DNA of 64,000 nt from Octopus vulgaris. Its lineage: Eukaryota. The stretch lies in contig OX597814.1 in the NCBI GenBank assembly GCA_951406725.2, positions 87,854,001 to 87,918,000 of the forward strand. The letters run 5' to 3'. Of this stretch, positions 50,812 to 64,000 are shown piece after piece (the stretch's first letter is position 1; every line of letters begins with the position of its first letter). Made by a program: the position numbers and the translations under genes. The notes below the pieces were generated by a model. That model was not told where the DNA came from. It made no database searches and worked only from the letters and a program-made list of their open reading frames with translations.

Positions 50812-51150
50812 TTTGTCTAACACCCGTGGACATGTTTACAAAGTCAGAAAACAGCACAGCTCCATTGATTTTCGGAAACATTTTTTCACGCTAAGTGTTG
50901 CTGAAGCATGGAACAAACTGCTGGCATCAGTTGTTAGTTGTCAGAGCACTGCATCCTTCAAAACTTCCATGCTTCCTGAGATTCACCAACACTACACCTG
51001 ATTTTCTCCCCTCCATACATGCGCAAGCATGTATCTGACTCATACACTGTTCACTTTCCAGACATTTGTACATTACTGCATATGCTTTATACGCACTTTT
51101 GACAAGTTGTGGTACACCTGAGCACTGTATACAATAATTTCATTATCATT
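50812..51150 (+). mobile_element. CR1 3'-end fragment (same family as 48660-49075)
   Basis: SNTRGHVYKVRKQHSSIDFRKHFFTLSVAEAWNKL. Confidence 0.8.
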
Positions 51151-51713
51151 ATAGGTGTTGACGTCCATGAGTAATGTGATATGGGCTAAGAGGAAGTTTA
51201 TTTGTAAGTCAAGGACTATGCTGTAGATAGAAAAGGAATGAAAGACAACAAATTGAAAGTAGTGGTTATATCTTGTTATGTGAAAAAAAATTTGTGAATG
51301 AAACAAAAATGCAATCTCACCTAGCAAATTTACCAGTCATGGCTTCAAATTTACCAGTCATGCATACAATCACATATTTAAAATATGCTTGAATTCTTCC
51401 TGCTTTCTTGTTGGTACATTTAAAATGCCTGATTTTATTGATTTGTCTTTTTTTTTAAATGCTGCAATAGAATTGCTTGTTTTTAAAGAACTTGGTATAG
51501 TTCTATGTCTTTCTTAATAATGAACCTTCACATCAGTTTCAACGTGTCACAATTGTGAATTTGTGAATAGCTTGCATGAAATGCCTAATTTGCATGTAGA
51601 TAATGCTTATTTGCATAGCGTTATTATGTAGTATGTTTAGAAGTAATAGATGCATATAGTGTATGGTTAGAAGCAGGGCTGGATTTATATATGGGCTAAT
51701 ACAGGCCATAGTG

Positions 51714-51950
51714 GAGGTACATGGCTTAGTGGTTAGGGTGTTGGACTTAACCATTTGATTCCTGGACCAGGTGGTGCATTGTGTTCTTGAGCAAAACACT
51801 TCATTTCACATTCCTCCAGTCCACTCAACTATCAAAAAGGAGTAATCCTGCAACATACCGGCGTCCTGTCCAGGTGGGGAATACATATGCCATGAAATCA
51901 GGAAACTGGCCCTATGAGTTGATATGACTTAAGAAGGTAACTTTTTTTTT
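51714..51950 (+). mobile_element. tRNA-derived SINE
   Basis: tggcttagtggttagggtgttg...gtgttcttgagcaaaacact. Confidence 0.65.
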
Positions 51951-52160
51951 TGATATAGGCTATGGTTGGGGTGAGGTGTGCTTTAACTCAGAGAAGCCTG
52001 AAGCTTGGAGTTAAAATTTTTTAAATATATTCACATCAATCAAATAGATAATTTGTAATTAAAATTTTTTTTGTATTTATTTTATCTTTAATTCAATAGA
52101 ATTCTTTACAAATCACTGAACTCTCTTTTGATCTATCAGGCACTTCTAGATTTTAAAATA

Positions 52161-53355
52161 CCATTAATCTTTACTGCATCCTTCTGAATCTATCCAGGCT
52201 CTTTCAGGTTTTGGGATCCTCTTAAACTGTTCGGAGCCCCTTATATATAATGGGGCCTTGTTATTATTTTATTATATTTTGAATTAGCTGTGTTTAAAGT
52301 GGCACCTTTTTATAAAAATGATTTGAGCATATTTCTTTCTGATATGATAAGAAGACAGTCAACAGTAATGCATTATCCTAACAGATGAACAAGGCAACAT
52401 CAATATACTAATAATTCTATCAAAGTGCTGGTAACCATTAAAATTTCAGAATATGCAAAAATTATTTTTGGTAAATATATTTACATTTTATTTGATTTTA
52501 AAATATACATTCCTATCATTTATAGTCTTTATTATTTTGGCTATGTGACAGTAAAATTTGTTAATTGTTTTGACATGCACAATAATATGATTGACTTTAA
52601 ACTCCTAAACTGTTGAAAATTACATACGTAAAATCATAGGGGCTTGTAAACCTATTGGTCCTGGGGCCACACCAGGTCTAAATTCAATTCTAATTAGGAA
52701 GAACAGATTATATGCTTAAAGAAAAAAGAGTGCTTGGGGCATAATCAAGCTCTGAGGTATTTGGAGAGGATGTAATGTGGGCTAGATAGACATGTTGAAA
52801 GTTACATTGAGGGAGGTTTCATTTTCTTGGAAATATTCCAACACCACAATTTTTACTTCTTCACTATCAAATATGGATTTTTGTTCGTGTCTAATCAAAG
52901 TAACTAATAATATTTTCAAAATTTGGCACAAGGCTAACAATTTTAGGAGAGTGGGTAAGTCAATTGCATCAGCCCCAGTGCTTATCTGGTACTTATTTTA
53001 TTGACCTCAAAAGGATGACAGGCAAAGTTGACTGTGACAGAATTTGAACTCTGAATGTAAAGATGGACAGAATGCCATCTTTACATTTTCAAAAGGCCAT
53101 TAAATTTAATTGAGTCCTTCTGAATCTACCAACACTCTTTTAAGTTTTGGGGTCCCTTAAACTGTTTGGGGGTCCCTTAGATTTAATGGGGCCTTGTCAT
53201 TATCTTATTTTGTTTTGAGTTAGCTTTGTTTTAAGTGGTACCTTTTTAAAAAATACTTTGAGCATATGTTTTTTTCTGATATAATAAGAGGCAGTCAACA
53301 GTAATGCATTATCCTAAGAAATGAACAAGGCAACATCAACATGCTGACAATTCTG
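52161..53355 (+). repeat. Diverged ~260-bp direct duplication (52161-52418 and 53097-53355)
   Basis: Both copies share tccttctgaatcta...aatggggccttg...cagtcaacagtaatgcattatccta...aacaaggcaacatcaa. Confidence 0.8.
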
Positions 53356-54259
53356 CCATCTTTCTATCTTGATCAAAGTAACTAATAATGACACTTTTTG
53401 TCCAGCACAAGATCAAATTTGGAAAGGAATAAGATATAATAAATTGAATCACCCTCTTTATAACTGCTAGTTATTTTTATGATCCCATAGGATGAAAAGC
53501 ATAGTTAATCATATGAGATTTAAATGAAGAAATGTGTGATTCCATTACTTGATGTTACCTTTCATAATTGACTTAAGAGATGACAAAAATGTTCTTAGAA
53601 CAACTTGGTAATCAATTTCTCTGAAGGATACATTACTTGAAATTAGACCAAGAGGTCTAGTATGTTATATGTTGCTGATAAATCTAATAACTGCAACACA
53701 AAGCCACTATTTCAATGCATAAGCAATAGCACAAAGGATTTTTACAAATCACACTGACATATAAAAGACATAAGGTTGAGGAAACAATTAACTACATATT
53801 GTTTGGGCATAATTAATGGGGACAGTGTTCTTAGTTATCACTGAATATCTACAGAAGCATAACTGACCATTTACATCAAAACAGTCAGGGTATGAGAAAA
53901 TAGATTCAGTCAATCAAAATCTCAGTGTTCATAAAAATAAACTAACATCTGAAGCCACACAGCTTGACTAGAAAGCCAAGTTATGATCTTTTAAGCCATA
54001 TAAATTCTAAACATATGTTTTGATTGCTGAATCTTGCGGAGGTCAGGGCAATGCACAGAAAACACAAATTCATCTACCACTATGCAATGACTTGTAATTC
54101 TCTTTCATAGCTTTCATTTTGCTTGCATCTACACTTATTGGAAAATTAAATATTGGTATATTGGTGTGTTAACATCTTGTTTCAATGTTACAAGACACCC
54201 AAGACTATAGATTTTATCCACACTCTACATTATAAACAGATATAAACACTCTCTCTCTT

Positions 54260-54290
<31 letters not shown>

Positions 54291-54533
54291 ACACACACAT
54301 GATGGGCTTCCACTCAGTTTCTGTCAACCAAATTCACTCATAAAACATTTTTTAGCCTAAGTCTGTGGTAGAAGACACCTGCCCAAGGTACAACACAGTG
54401 GGACTGAACCTAAGATCATGTCATTGCAAAGTGAGCATCTTAACCATACAGGCATGATTATGCCTATATATGTATGTATGTATGTATGTATATGTATGAG
54501 TGTTTATGTATGTATATGAGCATGTGTGTGTAA

Positions 54534-54595
<62 letters not shown>

Positions 54596-54648
54596 ATATA
54601 TATATATATGTGTCTGTGTGTGTGTGTCTGTGTGTTTATATATACATG

Positions 54649-54712
<64 letters not shown>

Positions 54713-54788
54713 ATCCAAACATGAAAACACAACAATGCGAGAATGTGGAACAAGTATAGTATTATTGGACGCCCAGGAAAGAAGGAGG

Positions 54789-54823
54789 GTTTAACGTTTC
54801 GAGCGGAGCACTTCATCAGAAAC
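54789..54823 (-). ncRNA. Minimal hammerhead ribozyme motif in a PLE-type repeat (~54710-54900)
   Basis: gttt CTGATGA a gtgc tcc gctc GAAAC GTT aaac. Confidence 0.55.
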
Positions 54824-56174
54824 ATAGGAAAAGGAAAGATCCAAAGAAGGGAAGACGGAGGAAAAAAATCGCCAACGGTACACATGCGGTCAAACACACA
54901 CATAGTTTTCATAGACAGAAATGGGATCAGTTGGGGTATTTTCAATCTTGTGTTGAGATGTCATCTGTGACCAAGAATCTTCTTAAGTTGCCCATGGAGA
55001 CATCAACGATTTACATATATGTGTGTGTGTGTGTGTGTTTGTCTGCACACTATCACGCATGCATGCATGCATTCACACATACACACACATACACAAACTA
55101 ACACACTTACATATTACATCTTGGCTGCTAGTTCAATTTATAATTATTGCTGCATTGACGGTGTTTTGTTTTGAAGCTACACTGTACTACAGAATAGAAC
55201 TACAGAGCTATTGATTTTTAGCCAACCAACCCTTTACATGCAGACATATGCAAACACCTTGTTCATGAAAACATTGTATAATAAGATGGAGTTTACATCT
55301 GTTTATTACATATAGTATAAAAAGATCTGAAGTACAATATAACATAATCAAAAATTATATAAGTATGCAGTCTAAGCACACATAGACTTTTGAAATGAAT
55401 AGTACGAACATACCCCAGTTTGTGTTTCTTAAAATAGTCTACAACACTAAAATAATGTCTTGTACCATTATTGATATACACACAGAGTATACATTCAACC
55501 CACACACAGAATCATTGAAGTGCAAAAAATATGGTGTAACCGTTCACTGTATTATTGTTGGTGTAGGAGTGTTCACAACGCAGTTGGACCTCTCCTTTAG
55601 GGCTATTTGTGATGCGACAGAGAGCTTACTATATTTTCTTGCTAGTATAAGCTGAGCACTGACTCATCCAATGTGATGATTAAGTCATTGTTTTATCAAC
55701 CAGTTTTCTTATTTGTTTTGCAACTTGCACTCAGTCAGATTGTGAGTGTATGCATGTGTTGATGGGTCGGTGGGTGGGGGAAATGTCTGTTTTCTTATTT
55801 TTCACTGTAACAGGCATGTTTGTTTTATATTTATTTTTAGTTTTTCTTTTATCTGTTATTGTTGTTGAGATCTTCATTGTTTGAACAGTATAGATATTTG
55901 TGTTGCCATACATCATTATACTTCTTGCACATACTTCATAGAGTCTTAAAAGCTTATAGGAAAAGCTTTTGGGATTTAACAGATCTAAAAGTTCTTTGAC
56001 TTGTTTTCACTCATTGTAATAATATTTCTCTTTCCTTCAGTCTTGGTTATTTGGCAAGATTTTCTTATTCTGCCATAGCAAATATTTGGAAAACATGCTG
56101 GGAAATACTTCCTAAAATGATCAACTGGTGTGCATCTTTACATATTTGAAGGATGATAACAATTTTAGTATTTA

Positions 56175-56562
56175 CTAGCAATATTGCCCAGCGTTGCTCG
56201 GGTTTGTTTCGACCCTTTAGAATTGGAATTTTTGAAAAGTAAACATTTTACATTATGTAACTTGTTATTCTCTTTAAGTGAACATTTTTCTGGTTGAAAT
56301 ACACCAAAAAATGGCGACACAGCAGTCAAAAAATCGTAAAAAATAGGGATTTTCATAGAAAAAAAGCACCTTTTTGGTGTAAATAATTTTTGGTGTTAAC
56401 ATGGTCCGATTTGAATTTTATCTTCTACCAAATGAAGATCAAGCCATCTTCTATCATACTCTCAGTTTTGGTCAACTTGCGCCGCAGGGTCTCGGAGGAG
56501 ATAGTGTTAGCTGAAGGCTACCAAACCTGCCACACACAGACAACTTCAGCTTTATATATAGA
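56175..56562 (-). mobile_element. Non-autonomous Helitron-like element
   Basis: On the minus strand it starts TCtatatataaagc and ends with hairpin cccgagcaacgctggg + CTAG|T; homologous to 39300-39561. Confidence 0.75.
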
Positions 56563-57113
56563 GGTAATCTGCAGCTCAACACTTATAAAACCCGGCCTGG
56601 ATGTGTCGAAACCTTGAAGTGTCTCATCGAGTGAATGAAGCAAATAAAAGAATATACTAAATGTGGTGTTTTACGGTTTTGACAAATCCAAGCCAGGATT
56701 TCTAAGTGTAGAGCAGCAGACTGCAAACACTGAAATTGTAATTATCCTTCAAACAAGAAAAATTGCACACCAGTTGATTATTATAGGAAGTAATTCCTAG
56801 CATATTTTCCAAATTTTCCATATTTTTTTCAACACTGAACATACATAGGTAGACATTTATTATGACAAAGATGTTACTAATTGAGAGTTTTACACAACTA
56901 ATCCATCAAACCATAACAGAGAGATGTAGGCATGGCTATGTGGTTTAGCAGTTCACTTCAAAACATCATGTTTAGGGGTTCAGTTCTCCAGCACAGCATC
57001 TCAGGCAAGTGTCCCAGGTTGACTAATACTTTGAGAATGAATTTGGTGGCTGAAAACTGTGCAGAAGCCCATCATGCTATCATGCATGTGTGTGTATGTG
57101 TGTGTGTGCGTGT

Positions 57114-57159
<46 letters not shown>

Positions 57160-57429
57160 ATGTGTATATTAGTGCTTTTTTGCATTTGTGTTTGTCTCTC
57201 GCAGCTTGACACTAAGTATTGGTTTGTTTATGTTCCCATTACTGGATGATTCAGCAAGAAGAGTTGAAAAGAACAAGTGCCAGACATATATATATATATA
57301 TATATATGTACAAAAATTTGATCAACTGAACCTATCAAGGTGGTACCCCATTGACACAAATGACTTGATGATCTGCAACACTAACTTCAGGAAACCAGCC
57401 AGCCCATCTAATTATCTATTAATCTGGTG

Positions 57430-57635
57430 GGTACACGTTGGGCGAAATGCTTAGCAGTATTTCTTCTGCCTTCACATTCTGAGTTCAAATTCCGCTGAGG
57501 ATGCCTTTCATCCTTTTGGGGTCGAATAAATAAGTACCAGTTACACACTGAAGTCGATGTAATTTACTTAATCCCTTTGTCTGTCTTTGTTTGTCCCCTC
57601 TATGTTTAGCCTCCCTGTGGGCAATAAAGAAATAA
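57430..57635 (+). mobile_element. tRNA-derived SINE (family of the 4592-6365 array)
   Basis: gggcgaaatgcttagc...gagttcaaattccgctgagg...ctttcatccttttggggtcga. Confidence 0.8.
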
Positions 57636-57779
57636 ATATCTTATATATTCTAATGACTTGCATTATAATCATCTTCAGCTTTGCAATAACATAATAATTG
57701 ACATATGATCTACTTAATGAATGGTCATATTAATAATCAATGAAATATTTTTTCCTTAATCATATCTCCACTGCATTGT

Positions 57780-60225
57780 GACATTAAAACTTCACTGTCA
57801 TTACAGAAGAATACAAGGGTGAATACAATGATACAAAGATGAGAGGGGGCAGTTGAAGGCAGATATGAGAACATGGTATACAGCAGAAGAATGATACATG
57901 GCAGTCCAAAGATATAGTTCAAGGGAAAGGAAGAGATAACTGCTGGCATGGGAAGGCTGATCAGTGGAAAATAAAGTGGAAATGGATGATATTGAGAATG
58001 AGAGATGGATGTCAATTGAAAGTGGTTCCAGCAAGAGAAATAACTGGAAGCGTATAAAGAGAATGAAATATGTAGTTCTGCTTTCATAATTATAGCAGCT
58101 GACTAGTACCATAGTTAGAAGAATGATGGAGGAATGGGTGAAAAAAAAAAGATGAGAAGTTGGCAGTAACTGTGTACCAACATATGGGAATAAAAGAGAC
58201 TGATTCAAATGATAATACTGAGCCAAAATGGATTTCCTCCTTCCAAAATAACATCAACTGACTCAGAAAAAAAATAGGATTGTCAGACACTATCATTAAA
58301 GGCAAAGCTAAAAAGGAATTCATGAATCACCAACTACAACTGCATGATAGATTCTACAAATTGTATGGGAATTGCTGACGGGAAACATTCACAAGCAAAG
58401 TGATTGCCCTCAAATACAATCTATGAGAAGTGAAAAACTTCATTACTGTAAAAGATAACATGAATGATAAATGATAAACTGCCAGTTTGCCTGAAACCCA
58501 CAAACAGTATATCACAGTATGAAAGGCAATACCATCAAAGTAGTAAATGTTTTTCATCAGAAGACCTTGAGTCATTCCGGTGGGGAATCTGGGATGTAAA
58601 TAATTGTGATGCAGTATGGTTTAATGAACTGCGATGTGAGTATGGTGTAAATGTCTCTCCCAAAAGATATAACATCACCATTGAAATAAATACTCCTGAC
58701 AGTTATTATGAAACTGCTTGAATGTTATGTACAAATTGTATATTCTCCAAGACCACTGCCAAACAAATGGTGTAATAATTGATGAACAAGCAGGAGGAAA
58801 GAAAGGAGTCCGGGGCTGTGCTGAACAACACCTCCTCAACACAGCTGTCCTTAAAGAAGCCAAGCAACATCACCGTAACCTCTTAACTATGTGATTAGAC
58901 TACAAGAAGGTGTTTGGCTTTATCCTTCAAAAATGCATGATAGAATCCCTTCATCTTGCCAAAGTACCAGTGGCTATAGTGAATGCCATTGAAAGACTGA
59001 CCACAACTTGATTCACACAGTTATCACTGACAAGTACTAAAGCAACACCTAACAACAAAACAGAATTAAGCTACCAGCAGGCATAACCAGGGTGGTAGTT
59101 TATCTGTAATATTGTTTATACTGGCAGTGAACTTGTCAGCCTTGTTAACAAAATGTTAAGGATATGTTGAGATATGTGGAAAAGAATAAAATTAATGTTA
59201 CCCACACATTTTTCTGTTGATGATCTAAAGTTATATTCTGCTAACATGAATAACATTAAAGGACAATTATAATTAGTCACAATGTCCTCATGAGTCATAG
59301 GAATGGAGTTTGAGCAAGATAAATGCTCATACATGATAGTCAACAGAGGAAAGATCGTCAACCAGACAGAGAACACATACATCAATGTCTTGACTATCTC
59401 CCCTATCTCTCATGATGAAAACTATAAATATCTGAAAATCGATGAGACTGTTGCATATGTTGGTGCTTTGACAAAAGCCAGAAAAACAATAGAGCACTTT
59501 TGTAGACTTCATAAAATACTGAACTCAGAGCTGATTGTATTCAACAAAACCACATCTCACAAAACTTCTGTAGTGCCAATGCTAGTACCAACATTTGGGA
59601 TATTTGACTGGACATTTGATGAGATCTGCAGCCTGGACATCAAAACTAGAAAGATTGGCGGTGCCCCAGCATGGCCACAGCTCATGAGCTGAAACTAGAA
59701 TCAATCAATCAATCAATATTGACCACCATTGGCAACTTTCACATGAACAATGTGAACAACATCTTCAGAGTAGAACTACTGAACATGTACTCTGGGAATA
59801 CAATTGTTTTGTGTAGCTCAAAAGAGGTTGGACTTGCTTCCCCAAACAGGGGCTTGGAAGAGAAGCAGGCATCATACCAACAAAAAGCAATGCATGGGTA
59901 CATATCCCATAAGATAGAGGATAACAATGAAGAATAGCCTCACCTGGACCTGTGATAGAGGCATTAAATCCTACCTCAAGGGATATGCCTTTGCTATCCA
60001 GGAACAAGAAATAGTTACTAAATACCAGATTAACCAAAGAGATAAAGATACTAGCAAACTTCCAAGTTGTGATAGAAAATGCTGGTTCTGCCATACCAAG
60101 TTGGAAGTTATCACCAACATCATCAGCAGCTGCTTGAAAATGTCTATCAGATTCTATCTGCTCCTGAGATATGATATTGTATTTACAACACTATCTGCAG
60201 GAAAGATTGTCCTGATGTATACATC
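57780..60225 (+). mobile_element. Degenerate R4-like non-LTR retrotransposon (RT + zinc knuckle)
   Basis: RGCAEQHLLN, LDYKKVF, QGGSLS, VDDLKLY, IGMEFEQDKC, YKYL, MHGY, AIQEQEI and CWFC...IISSC, with many stops. Confidence 0.85.
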
Positions 60226-60575
60226 AAATGCAGATCGAAACCAGCATGTATTCAAAGCTTTGTCTGCGACCTCTTTTGGTCATGACATTGACCATAGGAT
60301 TGCACCTAGAAGGTTACCCTTCCACGCACAAGTCTGGGCAAGGTTGTTTATGGAAGACCAGCAGTCGCTTATGCATACCGGCCTCCCCTCTCCACGCCAC
60401 CAGTGTTATCCAAAGGAAAGGCAAGGGCAGATACAGCTTGGTACCTGTGACATTGCAACTCATTTCTACAGCTGAGTGAACTGGAGCAGTGTGAAATAAA
60501 GCGTCTTGCTCAAGAACACAACCTGCAGCCCAGTCTGGGATTTGAGCTCAAAACCTCACAATCATAAGCTCAACG
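60226..60575 (-). mobile_element. tRNA-derived SINE
   Basis: Minus strand gagctcaaatcccag (B-box-like)...gtgttcttgagcaagacgc...ctccagttcactcagctgtagaaatgag. Confidence 0.65.
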
Positions 60576-60799
60576 CTTATTGTTAGAGTTATTATTATTG
60601 TAACTATTAGTAGTAGCATCTGTGGTAAAATTGTTAGTAATAGTATTATTTTCAGTAATGGTAATATTACCATTGGCGGTTGTATTAGTATTATTGCTAG
60701 TATTATTAGTAGTTGTAGTAGAGGTATTAATAGTTGTACTCATTATACTATAGTTAGTATTGTTAGTATCAGTATTCCTATTAGTACTAGCATTGGTTT

Positions 60800-62168
60800 C
60801 AACCATGCACCCATTTTCCTCCTAGGTGGGGATTATATTATCTATGTTTAAGTTATTTAAAATGTTAGGGCTAGGGGTGTTGGATATGTTACTGCAAGTG
60901 GTGTTAGTGTTTTCGTTTTGTAGGTCTATGGTAAGGTTGTGTGCATTTAGATAGTTTACGTTTGTCAGGTGAGGTGATAATAGATTCTATATTTGGTGTA
61001 GAGGAATAGGATAATTTTAAAGTGGATCTTTTAAAGATAGAATATTTGTGGCTATGAGGGAAATTAGAGTCAACTATTTTAAAGAATGCTTTAGCAAGGC
61101 CCTTAATGTTTAAAGTAAATGGAGATGTGTACCAGAGAATAGATCTCCCGCCACTTTTACTAGGTAAATTTGGGGAGGTGTAATTCCTTGTGTATGTTAG
61201 AGGTGAGTTGGAGGTTTGATAATAGTATTCTTAGGTAGAGTGTTATGTGTGTTATGGGTGCTAGGTGGGCGAGATTGTCTAACAATAGTGGGAGGGTTTG
61301 GATATCGAATATGTGGGCACACTTGTCTAGAGTTAAGTTTGGAGAGGTGTTCTTTAAGTATAGTGTTGGTTATAAATGTAATCTTCTGGAAGAAACCACT
61401 AGTAGCTAGAGTTTAGTTGTAGTAAGTGGCATAGTTATTGAAGATTTCCTTGGTGGCAGATATGGATATGCCTTTGATTATAATCTCAAAAGTAGATTTA
61501 CGGTGGCTAAATTCTGTGTTGATGTACTTAAGCTATTGATTGGCTTTATGACATGGGAAGTAAAGTGAGGAGTTTAAATCCAATGTAACATCTAGAAAGT
61601 TTGCTGTATTGTAAGAGTTTTCAAAAGAGGTAGATAGGTTAAAGTTGTTGAAGAATTCATCTAAGAGTTTTCTAGTACTTTCTAATGCAGACTTTGTTAG
61701 GCCTCTTGTAATTAACAAGGCATCATCTCTGTATAAACCTCCTTTGATATGGGAGAATTGTGAGTGGAGCTGTTGAAGGAGGCACAGTCTGACTAGATCT
61801 GTGACCTGAGCAGAGTAGGATGAGCCCATGGTTATATCAAAGAAGTTGTTTCTATTGGTATTGAGGTTAGCATGGGACTAAAGCTTATTATCGAAGGATA
61901 TGAGAGTCTGCCTGGCAGATAGAATTACATTAATTTTTAAGGAGGTTATGTTGGTTAGGTTTTTAGCTAGACTCAGGGCATCTTTAAGGAGGATTGGTCT
62001 TATGGAGGTCAAATTGTAGGAATGAGGAGGTGCAGGACCATAAGTTTACATTTAGCTTCTTTCTAATAGTAGGTATGATTTTATCTCGCATATTTTTGCT
62101 GATTCATCCTAAATCAGATTTGGTGGGGCAGATGAATCTTATAGAAGGTTTGGTTGAGAAGTCTGGTT

Positions 62169-62175
<7 letters not shown>
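60800..62175 (-). mobile_element. Penelope-like element RT remnant
   Basis: FDITMGSSYSAQVTDLV...GLYRDDALL...NFLDVTLDL...HKAN. Confidence 0.85.
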
Positions 62176-62229
<54 letters not shown>

Positions 62230-62244
62230 ATATATATACAGAGC

Positions 62245-62680
62245 GGATAACCGGCTTCCATGCTAGTGGCACATAAAAGGCACCATTCAAGTCTGATCGT
62301 TACCAGCATCGCCTTACTGGCACTTGTGTTTGTGCTAGTAGGGTGCCAAGAGCACCATCATTGCCAGAGCGGCTAACTGGCTTCCATGCTGGTGGCACGT
62401 AAAAGGCACCATTTGAACGTGATCGTTACCAGTGTTGCCTTACTGGCACTTGTGCCGGTGGCATGTATAAAAAGATTCGAGCAAGGTTGTTGCCAGTACT
62501 GCCTGACTGGCCCCCGTGCCGGTGGCACATAAAAGCACCCACTACACTCTTGGAAAAGTTAGCATTAGGAAGGGCATCCAGCTGTAGAAACTCTGCCAGA
62601 TCAAGATTGGTGCCTCAGTCAGAATCGTCCAACCCATGCTAGCATGGAAAGCGGAGGTTTAACGATGATGATGATGATAT
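62245..62680 (+). mobile_element. SINE/RTE-tail-like repeat with internal tandem subunits and (GAT)n end
   Basis: Repeated gtggcac(a/g)taaaagcacc...tgatcgttaccag...ccttactggcacttgtg; ends ...aacccatgctagcatggaaagcgg...gatgatgatga. Confidence 0.6.
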
Positions 62681-63101
62681 ATACACACACACACATATAT
62701 ATATAAACCAGGCTTCTCAACCAAACCCTCTATAAGACTCATCTGCCCCACCAGATCTGATTTAGGATGAATCAGCAAAAATATGCTAGATAAAATCATA
62801 TATATAAAATCATAAAATCCTATATATATATATATATATATATATGTTATGTACACACAACACACACATATATACATATACACACAACACACATCAATGC
62901 ATATATACACACATATGCACATACATACACAAACATACATATATACATATGTATGTTCATAAATACATGACTACATTCATACAGGCATACGTATATACAT
63001 ATATGCATACATACACACACACACATACACACATACACACATGCATACATACATGCATACATGCATACATACATGCATACATGCATGCATACATACATAC
63101 A

Positions 63102-63134
<33 letters not shown>

Positions 63135-63489
63135 GCATGCATGCGCATGCATAATGTGTTGGTATATCTACCAGTCTGTTTATCTCTCTGTTTTCCATCT
63201 AGCTGTCTAAATGCTTACCTTCCTCTGCCACATCATCTAAGAATATAGTTAAACATTAAAATCTAAACTGACTACAAAACTCATATTGTCTGTTATACTA
63301 TTTTGACATTTTTTGATATTTTTTAATATCTTATTATTTTGTTGATATTCAATTCTCACATATGAGCCATATTTAACTGTCAAGACACCATTCCCACAAT
63401 ATAGCTGATGTTTGGTGTATAACTTAACAGAAGGTTATCGTATAAACTTATGACAAAAGATTTTAATTTTAGATACAAAAGGCTTGGTT

Positions 63490-63671
63490 AAGAATGTGGT
63501 TAAGAATATCACTTTGTAATCAAGGGATTTCGAGTTCTGTTCCACTGAGTGGCATCTTGGGCAAGTGTCTTCTACTATAGCTTTGGGCTGATCAATTCCT
63601 TGAGAGTGGATTTGGTAGACAGATATTGTATGGAAATCTGTTATGTGTGTGTGTGTGCATGTGTGCATGTG

Positions 63672-63742
<71 letters not shown>

Positions 63743-63970
63743 GTGTGTGTGCACATGCATTTTTCTTTGTGTTTGTCATCCCACTACCACTTGATGATTG
63801 ATGTTGGTTTGTTAACATCCTTGTAACTTAGTGTTTCAACAATATAATCTGATAGAATAATTACCAGACTTAAACAAAAATAAGTCCTGGAGTTGATTTG
63901 TTTGACTAAAACCCTTCAAGCTGGTGCTCCAATATGGCTGCTGTCCAATGACTGAGACAGATAAAAGATT
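63490..63970 (+). mobile_element. tRNA-derived SINE with internal (TG)n (CpG-decayed)
   Basis: Family head cttgggcaagtgtcttctactatagc and tail taagtcctggagttgatttg...gtgctccaatatggc. Confidence 0.8.
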
Positions 63971-64000
63971 AAAAAAAAATAAACAAAACACTTTAAAACA

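Noticed and set aside
60570-60806. Asn/Thr-rich ORF
   Set aside because: Low-complexity (TAG/TAT)-like sequence at the end of the Penelope remnant.

Overview
AT-rich eukaryotic genomic DNA made almost entirely of repeats. The microsatellite load and SINE families resemble an octopus/cephalopod genome (inference). No host protein-coding exon could be supported. The window holds mariner, hAT, Merlin, piggyBac-type, pogo-type and Helitron DNA elements, a degenerate Ty3/gypsy-like LTR element, CR1, RTE, CRE-like and R4-like LINEs, Penelope-like elements (PLEs), many tRNA-derived SINEs and long simple repeats. Four things stand out. (1) Several minimal type-I hammerhead-ribozyme (HHR) folds sit in long palindromes or partial tandem repeats, one with a swapped G3-C8 core. 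(2) An intron-containing hAT element is split into two halves by an apparent ~7.4-8.8 kb inversion, with its target-site duplication (TSD) still matching. (3) There is a head-to-tail array of about 8 SINEs. (4) The repeats switch visibly from CpG-retaining to CpG-decayed near 45.5 kb. All calls come from reading the sequence by eye; no searches or folding programs were run.
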